NCBI GenBank assembly: GCA_002269645.1
Contig: NIVC01002150.1
Coordinates: forward strand, 62,001 to 126,000
Reading direction: 5' to 3'
Length of the DNA: 64,000 nt
Source: Macrostomum lignano
Taxonomy: Eukaryota
Below the pieces are notes generated by a model. It was not told where the DNA came from. It saw only the letters and a program-made list of their open reading frames with translations, and ran no database searches. This document shows positions 45,401 through 53,331 of this stretch, piece by piece (position 1 is the first letter of the stretch; each line of letters opens with the position of its first letter). The translations under genes and the position numbers were made by a program.

Positions 45401-46030
45401 GCCTCACCGCAGACGCTCCTCCTCCTCCTGCTCGCTGGTGCGCAGCCGCATCAGCACTTCGGCAATCTGGCGCCGCTCCGCGTCGGTCAGACCGCTGAGG
45501 TCCGGCTCCGGCGGCGTCACCGGCGAGTCGCAGGATTCATCCGAGTCGACAACGGCGCTTCGACGCTCAGAGTCATCATCGTCGGCATCGAGTAGGTCTT
45601 CGTTGGCTTCGACTAGCTTTAGCGACGCTTTTCTGCCGGACAAACCGCCGGATGCGCCGATGGTCGACAGGACGCGGGCAGCCGGCGACAGAAACTGCAG
45701 CAGAGAGTCGCCGCCGCCTCTGCCGCCTTCGGCATCGTCTAGCGACAGTTTCCGGGGCAATAGTTTTCGCCGCAGCTCGCGGCTTTGATATCCTCCGACA
45801 GCTTGCGGCAGCGGCAGTGGCGGCGGCGTTTCCCTTTGATCTTTGCCAGCTTCGGGTTCTGTAGATTCCGGCTCGGCCGCCTGAGCGGCTGCAGTGTCGG
45901 ACAGCGAGCGCGACCAGATGCGCCTGACGAACTGCATGCCGCTAATTGGGCCTGGCGGGGTCGCGGGGGGCAAGCTTTTATTTCGGTGAGAATTTCTGCT
46001 ACCGCGAATTTTGAGCCATTCCTTGCGCAT
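2970..46030 (-). CDS. PCLO-like: RIM/Piccolo/Fife-family presynaptic active-zone scaffold, 15 coding exons (Rab-binding helix, Zn finger, coiled coil, PDZ, C2A, C2B)
   Basis: Manual GT-AG splicing gives exons 45408-45937 (or from 46030), 36882-37059, 35268-35393, 34253-34879, 28244-29138, 27308-27387, 25554-25644, 14222-14459, 10639-10700, 9509-10478, 8662-8843, 7925-8109, 6525-6588, 4152-4325, 2970-3448. All phases join without a stop (4881 nt from 45937). Motifs: [18 protein letters not shown]; CPLC-CREC-CYDC-CAVC...SGSWF; [11 protein letters not shown]...ILPGS...VVEWNG; C2[13 protein letters not shown]...[13 protein letters not shown]...DNQPRWY; LGPGQLL; terminal GWYKL. Family assignment is from recalled motifs; exact orthology is unresolved. 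Confidence 0.88.
3678..4131. repeat. Intronic minisatellite, 47-nt unit
   Basis: GGATTAGTGGGAGAAATGGCATCCTAGGGATC(TTTGAGGGTCAATTG or TCTGCAGGCCCATTG), about 9-10 copies in two alternating variants. Confidence 0.95.
4152..4325 (-). CDS. Exon 14: pre-C2B segment
   Basis: Acceptor aacttttgcag|AG, donor G|GTGAGC. Translation EQQQWSLGG...[31 protein letters not shown] resembles the RIM FLDGLGPAQLVGRQ motif. Confidence 0.8.
5068..5461. repeat. Intronic minisatellite, 30-nt unit (family shared with 1528-1725)
   Basis: About 13 copies of AGATCCTTCAGTGACCTCCGCTGTCCTCCC, decaying to the right. Confidence 0.93.
5915..6154. repeat. (ACTC)n microsatellite, about 60 units
   Basis: Perfect tetranucleotide run; reads (GTGA)n on the sense strand of the host gene. 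Confidence 0.98.
6525..6588 (-). CDS. Exon 13 (64 nt linker)
   Basis: Acceptor caccgacag|AAA, donor G|[27 protein letters not shown]; phases 0/1 bridge exons 12 and 14. Confidence 0.7.
6645..7901. repeat. Intronic minisatellite, 20-nt unit CATTAGGGACAGTAGAGTGA
   Basis: About 63 copies. A 500-nt (25-mer) block is duplicated (diagnostic variants at 6961 and 7461). Confidence 0.97.
7925..8109 (-). CDS. Exon 12: end of C2A and linker
   Basis: Acceptor tcttccctcag|AC, donor GCG|GTAGGG. (D)[19 protein letters not shown]... matches the Piccolo-type DNTPRWYPL. Confidence 0.88.
8138..8470. repeat. Degenerate intronic minisatellite, 20-nt unit ATCTAGAGACAGTCAGAGAC
   Basis: About 16 diverged copies. 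Confidence 0.88.
8662..8843 (-). CDS. Exon 11: C2A core
   Basis: Acceptor ccttctgttccag|T, donor G|[66 protein letters not shown]. Confidence 0.92.
9070..9509 (-). repeat. Intronic tandem array of 41-nt units, each beginning GTGAGA and ending TTGACAG on the sense strand
   Basis: Sense unit GTGAGACGCTGTACTCTTAGGTACTGAAAATTGATTGACAG. Period 41 verified (gtctcacc at 9133, 9174 ... 9461, 9502). The copy at 9502 is the real donor of exon 10. Confidence 0.96.
9509..10478 (-). CDS. Exon 10: Q/P-rich linker with QQPQTL repeat and start of C2A
   Basis: Acceptor ctactattcacag|CG, donor AG|GTGAGA. Ends [49 protein letters not shown]. Confidence 0.88.
9871..10104 (-). repeat. Coding tandem repeat, 13 x 18 nt (QQPQTL)
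   Basis: Perfect 18-nt period inside exon 10, frame-preserving. Confidence 0.95.
10639..10700 (-). CDS. Exon 9 (62 nt linker)
   Basis: Acceptor aatttttcag|T, donor G|[26 protein letters not shown]; its phase 2/1 is exactly what is needed to join exons 8 and 10. Confidence 0.78.
10808..13642. repeat. Intronic satellite, 41-44-nt units in two sub-arrays
   Basis: 10808 to ~11990: variable units containing GGACTAAAGAGTGTCT. ~11990-13642: about 37 near-identical 44-nt units AGATAAGCCATGGACAACTAAAGCAGAAGGATTAAAGGGATTAT. Confidence 0.97.
14222..14459 (-). CDS. Exon 8: PDZ domain
   Basis: Acceptor gtcgctcgcag|GC, donor GT|[17 protein letters not shown]...[15 protein letters not shown]...[15 protein letters not shown]...EFEVVVR. 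Confidence 0.92.
14485..25050. repeat. 10.5-kb intronic satellite, 34-nt unit ACTACTGAGATATTCTCTTTGGCACTCGTTGGAC
   Basis: Roughly 300 copies, nearly invariant in the middle. Scattered 1-nt deletions and variants occur near both edges, and the array decays at 24900-25050. Confidence 0.98.
25554..25644 (-). CDS. Exon 7: pre-PDZ strand
   Basis: Acceptor attgtacag|CTG, donor G|[36 protein letters not shown](G) resembles Piccolo RIKITRDSKD..SGNGLG. Confidence 0.87.
25697..26552. repeat. Intronic minisatellite, 32-nt unit GACAGTGAGAGGTAGACAAGGATAGGGGAGCA
   Basis: About 27 copies; pyrimidine-rich and AG-free on the sense strand. Confidence 0.96.
27308..27387 (-). CDS. Exon 6 (80 nt linker)
   Basis: Acceptor ccgcttcgcag|CC, donor GCT|[32 protein letters not shown]; phase 1/0 bridges exons 5 and 7. 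Confidence 0.78.
27565..28140. repeat. Intronic minisatellite, 24-nt unit GATTCTTCTGTGTACACCACCCCC
   Basis: About 24 copies; generates spurious SSVYTTPD and ESGVVYTE ORFs. Confidence 0.96.
28244..29138 (-). CDS. Exon 5: low-complexity and coiled-coil region
   Basis: Acceptor ctcatttttaatag|CAA, donor G|GTGCGC. Heptad-like [28 protein letters not shown] and [20 protein letters not shown]. The 5' boundary is less certain because an alternative protein-like frame starts near 29210. Confidence 0.75.
29575..29975. repeat. Minisatellite, 31-nt unit GACAAAGACTACATCAGGCTGAGGATATTGA
   Basis: About 12 diverged copies. Confidence 0.9.
30391..30465 (-). CDS. Candidate alternative first coding exon (short isoform)
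   Basis: ATG at 30465 in a GC-rich island; 25 codons [25 protein letters not shown]. Phase-0 donor CTG|GTAACC is compatible with the exon 5 acceptor. No transcript evidence. Confidence 0.35.
30985..31460. repeat. Degenerate minisatellite, ~13-nt unit TCTAACATCTGTG
   Basis: Many short diverged copies, with an internal ~105-nt block duplication. Confidence 0.88.
31900..32610. repeat. Minisatellite, 21-nt unit CATCTCTACCGATGTCATCCT grading into CATCTCCCTCACACATCACC
   Basis: About 30 copies with a gradual unit change along the array. Confidence 0.92.
33500..34240. repeat. Intronic minisatellite, 20-21-nt unit AGTCTCTATGACTCCCCCAC
   Basis: About 35 copies, starting immediately after the exon 4 donor. 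Confidence 0.94.
34253..34879 (-). CDS. Exon 4: acidic/Ser/Pro-rich linker (209 codons)
   Basis: Acceptor ttttactttcag|GGA, donor AGC|GTGAGT; open, phase 0/0. Confidence 0.83.
35268..35393 (-). CDS. Exon 3: second half of Zn finger with SGSWF motif
   Basis: Acceptor ctattcgatttcaag|TTC, donor CAC|[31 protein letters not shown] corresponds to RIM WVCNLCRKQ...SGAWF. Confidence 0.9.
35517..36890 (-). repeat. Intronic tandem array, 61-nt unit spanning the exon 2 donor, with longer variant units
   Basis: About 19 extra copies of GGACACCGG|GTGAGT. Period 61 verified (35581, 35642, 35703). Every 3rd-4th unit carries a ~40-nt insertion (higher-order pattern). Confidence 0.95.
36882..37059 (-). CDS. 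Exon 2: first half of Zn finger
   Basis: Acceptor gcctcatctgcag|C (phase 2, joins exon 1 as ...EERLR-ILEQSVQ), donor CGG|[38 protein letters not shown]. Confidence 0.9.
37098..38700. repeat. Intronic satellite, 31-nt unit GATATCCTTCAGTGAGTGACTGAGGGGAAAT
   Basis: About 52 copies. A 713-nt (23-mer) block is duplicated (variant cattcagtgagttac at 37281 and 37994). Confidence 0.96.
39158..39220. repeat. Short tandem repeat, 13-nt unit CCCCACCGAGTTT x5
   Basis: Directly visible. Confidence 0.9.
39500..40110 (+). pseudogene. Degenerate non-LTR retrotransposon remnants (two RNase H-like fragments)
   Basis: Translations MEGAGFCV...[13 protein letters not shown] and PTIFTDGSV...[13 protein letters not shown] resemble LINE RNase H motifs; heavily broken. 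Followed by an A/C-rich tail at ~40113-40155. Confidence 0.55.
40290..40870 (+). pseudogene. Degenerate RT fragment related to the adjacent Ingi-like element
   Basis: [14 protein letters not shown]...[22 protein letters not shown]...[18 protein letters not shown]...[10 protein letters not shown] parallels 43390-43760 ([14 protein letters not shown]...[10 protein letters not shown]...[10 protein letters not shown]). Confidence 0.78.
40912..41019 (+). ncRNA. Predicted HDV-like self-cleaving ribozyme at the 5' end of the Ingi-like element
   Basis: Pairings read by eye: P1 CCCUCU(40912-17)/GGAGGG(40979-84); P2 CGGCGC(40959-64)/GCGCCG(41014-19); P3 GCG/CGC around a 7-nt L3 UUUUCGU; P4 capped by C(UUCG)G; J4/2 CGAA (candidate catalytic C41008); 7-bp hairpin CUGCGGG/CCCGCAG in J1/2. 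Not computed or assayed. Confidence 0.72.
41141..41182 (+). other. 2A (StopGo) ribosome-skipping peptide [14 protein letters not shown]
   Basis: Exact match to the D(V/I)ExNPG-P consensus with a hydrophobic upstream helix, in frame with ATG 41033. Confidence 0.88.
45408..46030 (-). CDS. Exon 1 (coding): N-terminus and Rab-binding helix
   Basis: [35 protein letters not shown] matches the RIM/rabphilin-type PDLSHLTEEER..I..V helix. Donor CG|GTGAGG. Start at ATG 46030 or 45937 (unresolved). Confidence 0.85.
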
Positions 46031-46754
46031 GCGAAAATGTACTTTTAGTCCCGAGAGCCAATTAGTCCGTTAAATCAGTTGATTAACTATTACACTGGGG
46101 AACTCTTAGCGAGCAAAGTCTCGACACCTCATCTAATCTTCCCTGTCCGCTTCTCAACATCTCAACTCTCGCTCCACCCCGCCCTACCTCTCCCCATCTC
46201 ATCTCTCCTTTCACTCTGACGTGACTTGCAGTCTTCCCTCTCTCCATCTGATCCCTACATGTAATTTATTATTCAGCGTGACTCGTTCCTTCTTATCCTT
46301 CTTAATGCATTAATATAATTTACAGAAGTTCAACACAACCCGCTCAATACGAAATTGGCTCAATTATCAACTGTCGATAGTAGCCAAAACCCAGAGAAAA
46401 ATGGAGCAAAAAAATAATTAAAAAATTCCCTTCATAGAATTTTAATATCTCGGAAAAATTTTTCTCTCCATACTGCAAACTCACATTCTTGGCGGTACAG
46501 CAGAGGTTTCTATAAAATATAGATTATATAGAAATCATGCAGAATCACGATTGCCGAGCTTATGATTCCAGTTGAATGTCAACCGGGGCTGTTTCACTGC
46601 GCGCCCAGCTCTGTATTCCTGCCTATTTTTTATTAATCTACTCAATTTTCCCTGGGTGCCTTTGAGCAGTGGCCGAGGAAAAAGCTAATCAAGAAGGTTC
46701 TACGAGATTTGCCCACCTACGAGCTGCGCCTGAGTTTTTGCCGCACTGCCAAAT

Positions 46755-47090
46755 ACAGACAGAGGCAGCCAGCTGCAGACAGAGGCGCCAGCTGCAGACA
46801 GAGGCGCCAGCTGTACAGACAGAGGCGCCAGCTGCAGACAGAGGCAGCCAGCTGCAGGCAGAGGCAGCCAGCTGCAGACAGAGGCAGCCAGCTGCAGACA
46901 GAGGCGCCAGCTGCAGACAGAGGCAGCCAGCTGCAGACAGAGGCGCCAGCTGCAGACAGAGGCAGCCAGCTGCAGACAGAGGCGCCAGCTGCAGACAGAG
47001 GCAGCCAGCTGCAGACAGAGGCGCCAGCTGCAGAGAGAGGCAGCCAGCTGCAGACAGAGGCGCCAGCTGTACAGAGAGAGACGCCAGCTA
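46755..47090. repeat. Minisatellite, alternating 19/20-nt units GCCAGCTGCAGACAGAGGC(A)
   Basis: About 17 copies; the family recurs at 48770-48950 and 61310-61340. Confidence 0.94.
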
Positions 47091-47194
47091 AAATTTAAGC
47101 CTGTACGCTCTGTACGCTCAGCTTCAACAAAACTACAATTCAATTTAGACTGTTCAAATTTTTAGTCAGGTTATTTTTAGACTTTCACTCCGGC

Positions 47195-47488
47195 AGTCAA
47201 TCTAAACAAACTGCAGTCAATCTAAACAAACTGCAGTCAATCTAGACAAACTGCAGTCAATCTAGACAAACTGCAGTCAATCTAGACAAACTGCAGTCAA
47301 TCTAAACAAACTGCAGTCAATCTAGACAAACTGCAGTCAATCTAAACAAACTGCAGTCAATCTAGACAAACTGCAGTCAATCTAAACAAACTGCAGTCAA
47401 TCTAGACAAACTGCAGTCAATCAAGACAAACTGCAGTCAATCTAAACAAACTGCAGTCAATCAAGACAAACTGCAGTTAATCAAGACA
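47195..47488. repeat. Minisatellite, 20-nt unit CAGTCAATCTAGACAAACTG
   Basis: About 14 copies. Confidence 0.95.
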
Positions 47489-48237
47489 ATTACATATATT
47501 TTGATGAAAACGCTCTTACCTCATGGCCGAGTTTTTGTCGAGCATTTCAAAGCAACTACTCTAGGTATTCGAAGCCCGTCCCCTAGTAGCAGCAGACACT
47601 GCTGGAAACTCTTCCATTTCAAAGAGCGTACAGTTAGACATAAGAGACAAGGGCTGTCACAATGGTCGGCTAAATCAATGCAGCTTTTATTTTAAGCAAC
47701 GAATTATAGTGTCCTTGACAACTCAACATCTCTAACGCCGGCTGCAGTGCTCAAGCCGCGTCTCTTATTAATCTGTCTGCTCTTCCGCCCAGCCGCTCTC
47801 CTCCATCTCCCTGTCTCTCCCGTCTCAGTATCTGTAGCGCAGGGGAGTGGCTGCTGCTGAATAGGATGCGCGACCCTCTGGTGCTGCCTGTGAGGCTGGG
47901 CGAGAGTGCGGGTACAGGGGAAGGGGGCTATTGTAGCCCTCAACTAGGCATCTCAGGTCGTGCAAGCACGGGGATAGGAGGGCGATTCGTATAGAATCTA
48001 TATATGTGGCTAGGCCTCGCTGAGCTAAGGAATTGCAATGAAGGGGGAGAGAAAACAGTTCGGGGAGAAAAAGTGGACTGCCCCTTTTCACTGTCAATAA
48101 GTAGCTAAATGCTCAAACCCTCATCCGTTCTTGTCTTGATAACAGTTCAGCTGCGCCTGCCACTTGTCTGCAGTGAATTCCCAGCCCGATGTATGGCCAA
48201 GGGAGATTTTCCTGTCTGCTTTAAATGGGCGATACAA

Positions 48238-48950
48238 ACAGAGGGGTTGCCTGCTACAGAGGGGTTGCCTGCTACAGAGGGGTTGCCTGCTACAGAAGGG
48301 GTTGCCTGCTACAGAGGGGTTGCCTGCTACAGAGGGGTTGCCTGCTACAGAGGGGTTGCCTGCTACAGAGGGGTTGCCTGCTACAGAGGGGTTGCCTGCT
48401 ACAGAGGGGTTGCCTGCTACAGAGGGGTTGCCTGCTACAGAGGGGTTGCCTGCTACAGAGGGGTTGCCTGCTACAGAAGGGGTTGCCTGCTACAGAGGGG
48501 GTTTCCTGCTACAGAAGGGGTTGCCTGCTACAGAAGGGGTTTCCTGCTACAGAAGGGGTTGCCTGCTACAGAAGGGGTTGCCTGCTACAGAAGGGGTTTC
48601 CTGCTACAGAAGGGGTTGCCTGCTACAGAAGGGGTTTCCTGCTACAGAAGGGGTTTCCTGCTACAGAAGGGGTTGCCTGCTACAGAAGGGGTTTCCTGCT
48701 ACAGAAGGGGTTTCCTGCTACAGAAGGGGTTGCCTGCTACAGAAGGGTTGTCTGCTACAGAGAGAGGCGTTAGCTGCAGAGAGAGGCCCCAGCTGCAGAG
48801 AGAGGCCCCAGCTGCAGAGAGAGGCCCCAGCTGCAGAGAGAGGCGCCAGCTGCAGAGAGAGGCGCCAGCTACAGAGAGAGGCGCCAGCTACAGAGAGAGG
48901 CGCCAGCTACAGAGAGAGGCGCCAACTGCAGAGAGAGGCCCCAGCTGCAG
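48238..48950. repeat. Compound minisatellite: 18-19-nt GAGGGGTTGCCTGCTACA grading into CAGCTGCAGAGAGAGGCGC
   Basis: About 28 copies of the first unit, then about 9 of the second. Confidence 0.94.
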
Positions 48951-49319
48951 AAGTCCTTGCGGGTATAGAATCATAAAACCCCACGCGGGTAAAAATATTG
49001 ATAGCACAGTTGCAAAAATCGGTGGCAACATTTTCTGTATAGCGAAACTGCTTTGGTTTAATTTAATGAAAAATCAGGACTGAAACTGCTCCAAGCTATT
49101 CTTAGCTTTTCAGAAGAAGAGCCTGATGGCATCCCATGCAGTCTACTATGCGCATGTTATATGTATAGCATTTTAGCAGTGGTCGAACATTGATTTTAGT
49201 CTCTTTTTAAATAAGAGCAGCGCTCACATGTAGCTAGCCTGGATATGTAGCTCTTCTTCTCATTCCACCAGCTGTAAGAGTGATTAGAGTTAGGATGCTC
49301 TCTCCTAGTTCAGCTCCAG

Positions 49320-50575
49320 TCACATGATGCTTTCGAATAGCTCACATGATGCTTTCGAATAGCTCACATGATGCTTTCAAATAGCTCAAATGATGCTTTC
49401 GAATAGCTCAAATGATGCTTTCGAATAGCTCACATGATGCTTTCAAATAGCTCAAATGATGCTTTCGAATAGCTCAAATGATGCTTTCGAATAGCTTAAA
49501 TGATGCTTTCGAATAGCTCAAATGATGCTTTCGAATAGCTTAAATGATGCTTTCGAATAGCTCAAATGATGCTTTCAAATAGCTCAAATGATGCTTTCGA
49601 ATAGCTCCAATGATGCTTTCGAATAGCTCAAATGATGCTTTCGAATAGCTCAAATGATGCTTTCGAATAGCTCAAATGATGCTTTCGAATAGCTCAAATG
49701 ATGCTTTCGAATAGCTCAAATGATGCTTTCGAATAGCTCAAATGATGCTTTCGAATAGCTTAAATGATGCTTTCGAATAGCTCAAATGATGCTTTCGAAT
49801 AGCTCAAATGATGCTTTCGAATAGCTCAAATGATGCTTTCGAATAGCTCAAATGATGCTTTCGAATAGCTCAAATGATGCTTTCGAATAGCTCAAATGAT
49901 GCTTTCGAATATCTCAAATGATGCTTTCGAATAGCTCAAATGATGCTTTCGAATAGCTCAAATGATGAATTTCGAATAGCTCAAATGATGATTTCGAATA
50001 ACACAAATGATGCTTTCGAATAACACAAATGGTGATTTCGAATAACACAAATGATGATTTCGAATAACACAAATGATGCTTTCGAATAACACAAATGGTG
50101 ATTTCGAATAACACAAATGATGATTTCGAATAACACAGATGATGCTTTCGAATAACACAAATGATGCTTTCGAATAACACAAATGATGATTTCGAATAAC
50201 ACAAATGATGCTTTCGAATAACACAGATGATGATTTCGAATAACACAGATGATGATTTCGAATAACACAGATGATGCTTTCGAATAACACAAATGATGCT
50301 ATCGAATAACTCAAATGATGATTTCGAATAACACAAATGATGATTTCGAATAACACAAATGATGATTTCGAATAACACAAATGATGCTTTCGAATAACAC
50401 AGATGATGATTTCGAATAACTCAAATGATGATTTCGAATAACACAAATGATGCTTTCGAATAACACAGATGATGATTTCGAATAACACAGATGATGATTT
50501 CGAATAACACAGATGATGATTTCGAATAACACAAATGATGATTTCGAATAACACAAATGATGATTTCGAATAAAA
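49320..50575. repeat. Minisatellite, 21-nt unit ATGATGCTTTCGAATAGCTCA grading into ATGATGATTTCGAATAACACA
   Basis: About 59 copies with a variant switch near 49970. Confidence 0.95.
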
Positions 50576-51194
50576 CAAACTCGTGCTCTAATAAATAAGA
50601 GCGTAAATCTAAAAGTGATTCAAATAACCCAAGATGATGCGCGAGCTGACTTGTTCTAAAATAGTCACATTATGTCACCGGATAAAGTAATAATGCCTCA
50701 CCCACAATGTCTCATCCACAGACAGGGCAGGGCCGCAGGATGCAGGTACTACACATCCTACACAAAATCATTTCTGATATTTCATTCGCATTTCCCAGCT
50801 GTACTGTTTCCATTCTCGGCAGTCTCTCGGACACGCAGCTTCGGTCAGCTACTCGTATATAATCGGCTGTCAAGGACTGGCCGCATCTGCAGTGCTGCAT
50901 GGAAACACACATGTGTTATGCGTGTGTATTTTTAGCGCCTACTGATACAGGAGACTCCCGTCCACAAGAGGGGGTGGTCCTTCCGACCGCGCTTCCTTCT
51001 TAGCTAATGGATTTCATAGCTGGAGCAATAGGAAATGTTTAGTTGACTAAAAATTTATTCTGAATTTTCTCAACTACAGTCAATTCAACAGGTGAAGTAG
51101 AAGGACGCGATGTACTTAAAATCAGATACAAACAGCAGATGTTTGCAGACTTTGCTTAGTGAACTTGGTAAACTGGTGAACTTGCCAGAAGACT

Positions 51195-52808
51195 CTGAGA
51201 TATTGCTTTCGCGCACCAGGCCAGATGTCTCGGGGTCATACTTGACCACCGGCTCAACTGGTCCTTTCACGTGAAAGCAAAAGCCAAGCGTGCCTCAGCC
51301 ATCCTGGCCCAGCTCCGACGAGTACTTGGCTCTTCTTGGGGTCTTTCCCCAAAGCGGCTTTGGTGGACCTACACTTCCGTAGTTAGACCTGTCATTACGT
51401 AGGCCTCGGTTGTCTGAGTTAGCGCTACCCAGGTCAAAAGCCATGCAGATTTGCTCAACAACGATCCAGAGCAGAGCGTTTAGGCTTATCTGCAACGCTA
51501 CCAGGTCCACGCCCTTTGCCGGCATGGGGGCCTTCCTTAATCTACCGCCTCTCGACCTCTTCGTCAGGGGTAAGGCGGCTAGAACGACCCGGCGTTTACT
51601 TGATGCCGGTGTCAAATTCCTTTACATGAGGGCACCTGCTAAGCGGAACCTCGTCCCGCATAGCGACCTGTGTCTCAACATTCTCAACGAGTGTCAGGAC
51701 AATCGCGCCTTCACCGATGGCATTGCCTCAACGCTCAACCTGAGACAACGCTACTCCGTAGCTATCGACTCGCGCGATACCATCAATGACCACTGGAACC
51801 CTGGTGAGCTTCATTGCTATACCGATGGTTCTAAGAAGTCAGCCAACACCGGTTTTGGCGTTGGAATCTTCCTGAACGGGAGGGTCATCGCAACCCACGC
51901 TCAGTACACTGGGGTCAACTCCAGTGTCTTCCAAAATGAAGTTCTCGCCATCAGCTCCTGCACTGCAAAGCTTCTCGCCACTGGCGTAATCGGTAAGAAC
52001 ATCATTTTCCATTCGGACAGCCAAGCTGCCTTGCACACCATCAATTCCGCTACAGTCCTCGAATGTATCAAACTCCTCAACATGTTGGGCTCCACTCACA
52101 AAATTACCCTCAAGTGGGTTCCGGGGCATGTGGGGATCCGAGGAAATGAGTTGGCTGACGCCCTTGCAAAAGTTGGCGCCTCCGGCTCCTCTCTCGGTCC
52201 CGAACCCCTTGTCCCGATTTTTGGCTGTGTCATCGACTCGCGCATCAAAGCGTGGATCAGGACCCAGCACCGCTCGACTTGGGCGAAATGCACTACCTGC
52301 AGACAATCCAGAGGCGCTGTCCCTCAGCCCTCTCACCAGCTCCGGAAGCTCCTCTTGCGCCTCTCGCGCAGAGACAACCGGGCTGCCACCATGACCCTCT
52401 CAGGTCACGGCTGCTTCTCTAGGCACCAATACCTGCAGGGCAACGCCACCAACGCCATCTGCAGTTTCTGTAACTCAGGTGACGAAACCGCTGAGCATTT
52501 CGTCAGCATCTGTCCCGCCTTCACGCGGGCCAGACTCACTTACCTCCGGCCACACATCTATTACTGAAGCGTGCAAACCTGAAAACTTTAATCAGCTCAT
52601 GCGCTACCTCCGGGCCACCCGCAGGGCTGAACTCTCCTTTCCAGAGAGCACCATAGCTGCTGGCGATACTGGGGGACCTCCCTGGGCGGCGCCAACCCTT
52701 CGTCCATAGCGACGCATCGGCCGTTCAGGGATTAGCGGAATGGGCGTTCGCGCCTTCCCGCTGTGTCCCCCCGGGACAGCCCTGCAGCTAAGTCAAAGTA
52801 AGTCAAAG
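51195..52808 (+). mobile_element. 5'-truncated R1/LOA-like LINE (RT C-terminus, RNase H, Zn knuckle, 3' UTR, AAGTC-type tail)
   Basis: RCLGVILDHRLNW...WGLSPKRLWW (in-frame stops follow); RNase H YTDGSK...NEVLAI...HSDSQA...WVPGHVGIRGNELAD; CSFCNSGDETAEHF; tail TAAGTCAAAGTAAGTCAAAG. Clade assignment is from recalled motifs. Confidence 0.82.
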
Positions 52809-52809
52809 A

Positions 52810-52925
52810 CTGGCAAAGGGAGAATTAAGCAAGTAATTAGGGATTTTCGAGGCACCAGGGCAACGGGAGAATTAGGTAATTAGGGATTTCCGAAGCGCCA
52901 AGGCAACGGGAGAATTTCGGTGATT
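52810..52925. repeat. ~43-nt minisatellite (GGGAGAATTAGGTAATTAGGGATTTTCGAGGCACCAAGGCAAC), short copy
   Basis: About 3 units here, about 9 at 59045-59420 (inverted) and about 5 at 61340-61560. Confidence 0.85.
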
Positions 52926-53331
52926 CTTGGGAATCAGTAGCAGCATGTAAAATCCCAATGACTGCGGCAGGAGTTAACAGGAGCCAACAACACTGCCATC
53001 CAGTTTATTTTTACTTCACAACAGTGGCCCTGGAGGATTTTCTCACTACTATTTCTAGCCTCTGTGCAGTAGGACCGTAAAACACCACCAAAAGGAAACC
53101 CGGGCAGTTGCATAAGGGAATTCCGGGACGTAATAGTCGAATAGTCGCTATTGTTATCTATTTTAAGCTATTTGCGATGTTGGCTTTTCCCCGGCAATCT
53201 TGCTCGAGCCGGAGCCAGATAATATAAATTGAAGCAGATTCGGGCAGAAAATTGTATAGCAAAATTGATTTAGAAAATCTGATTTGGTGAAATATTTGAC
53301 AGCACGTATCAGCTGAGCAGTTTGCTGTAGG

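Noticed and set aside
49320-50575. Hammerhead ribozyme repeats
   Set aside because: GAAA is present on the minus strand, but there is no CUGANGA core or three-stem arrangement.
52727-52795. Permuted HDV-like ribozyme in the LINE 3' UTR (GAATGGG and CTAAG resemble J4/2)
   Set aside because: P1 and P3 could not be built in a valid order; a simple multi-hairpin fold explains the conservation.
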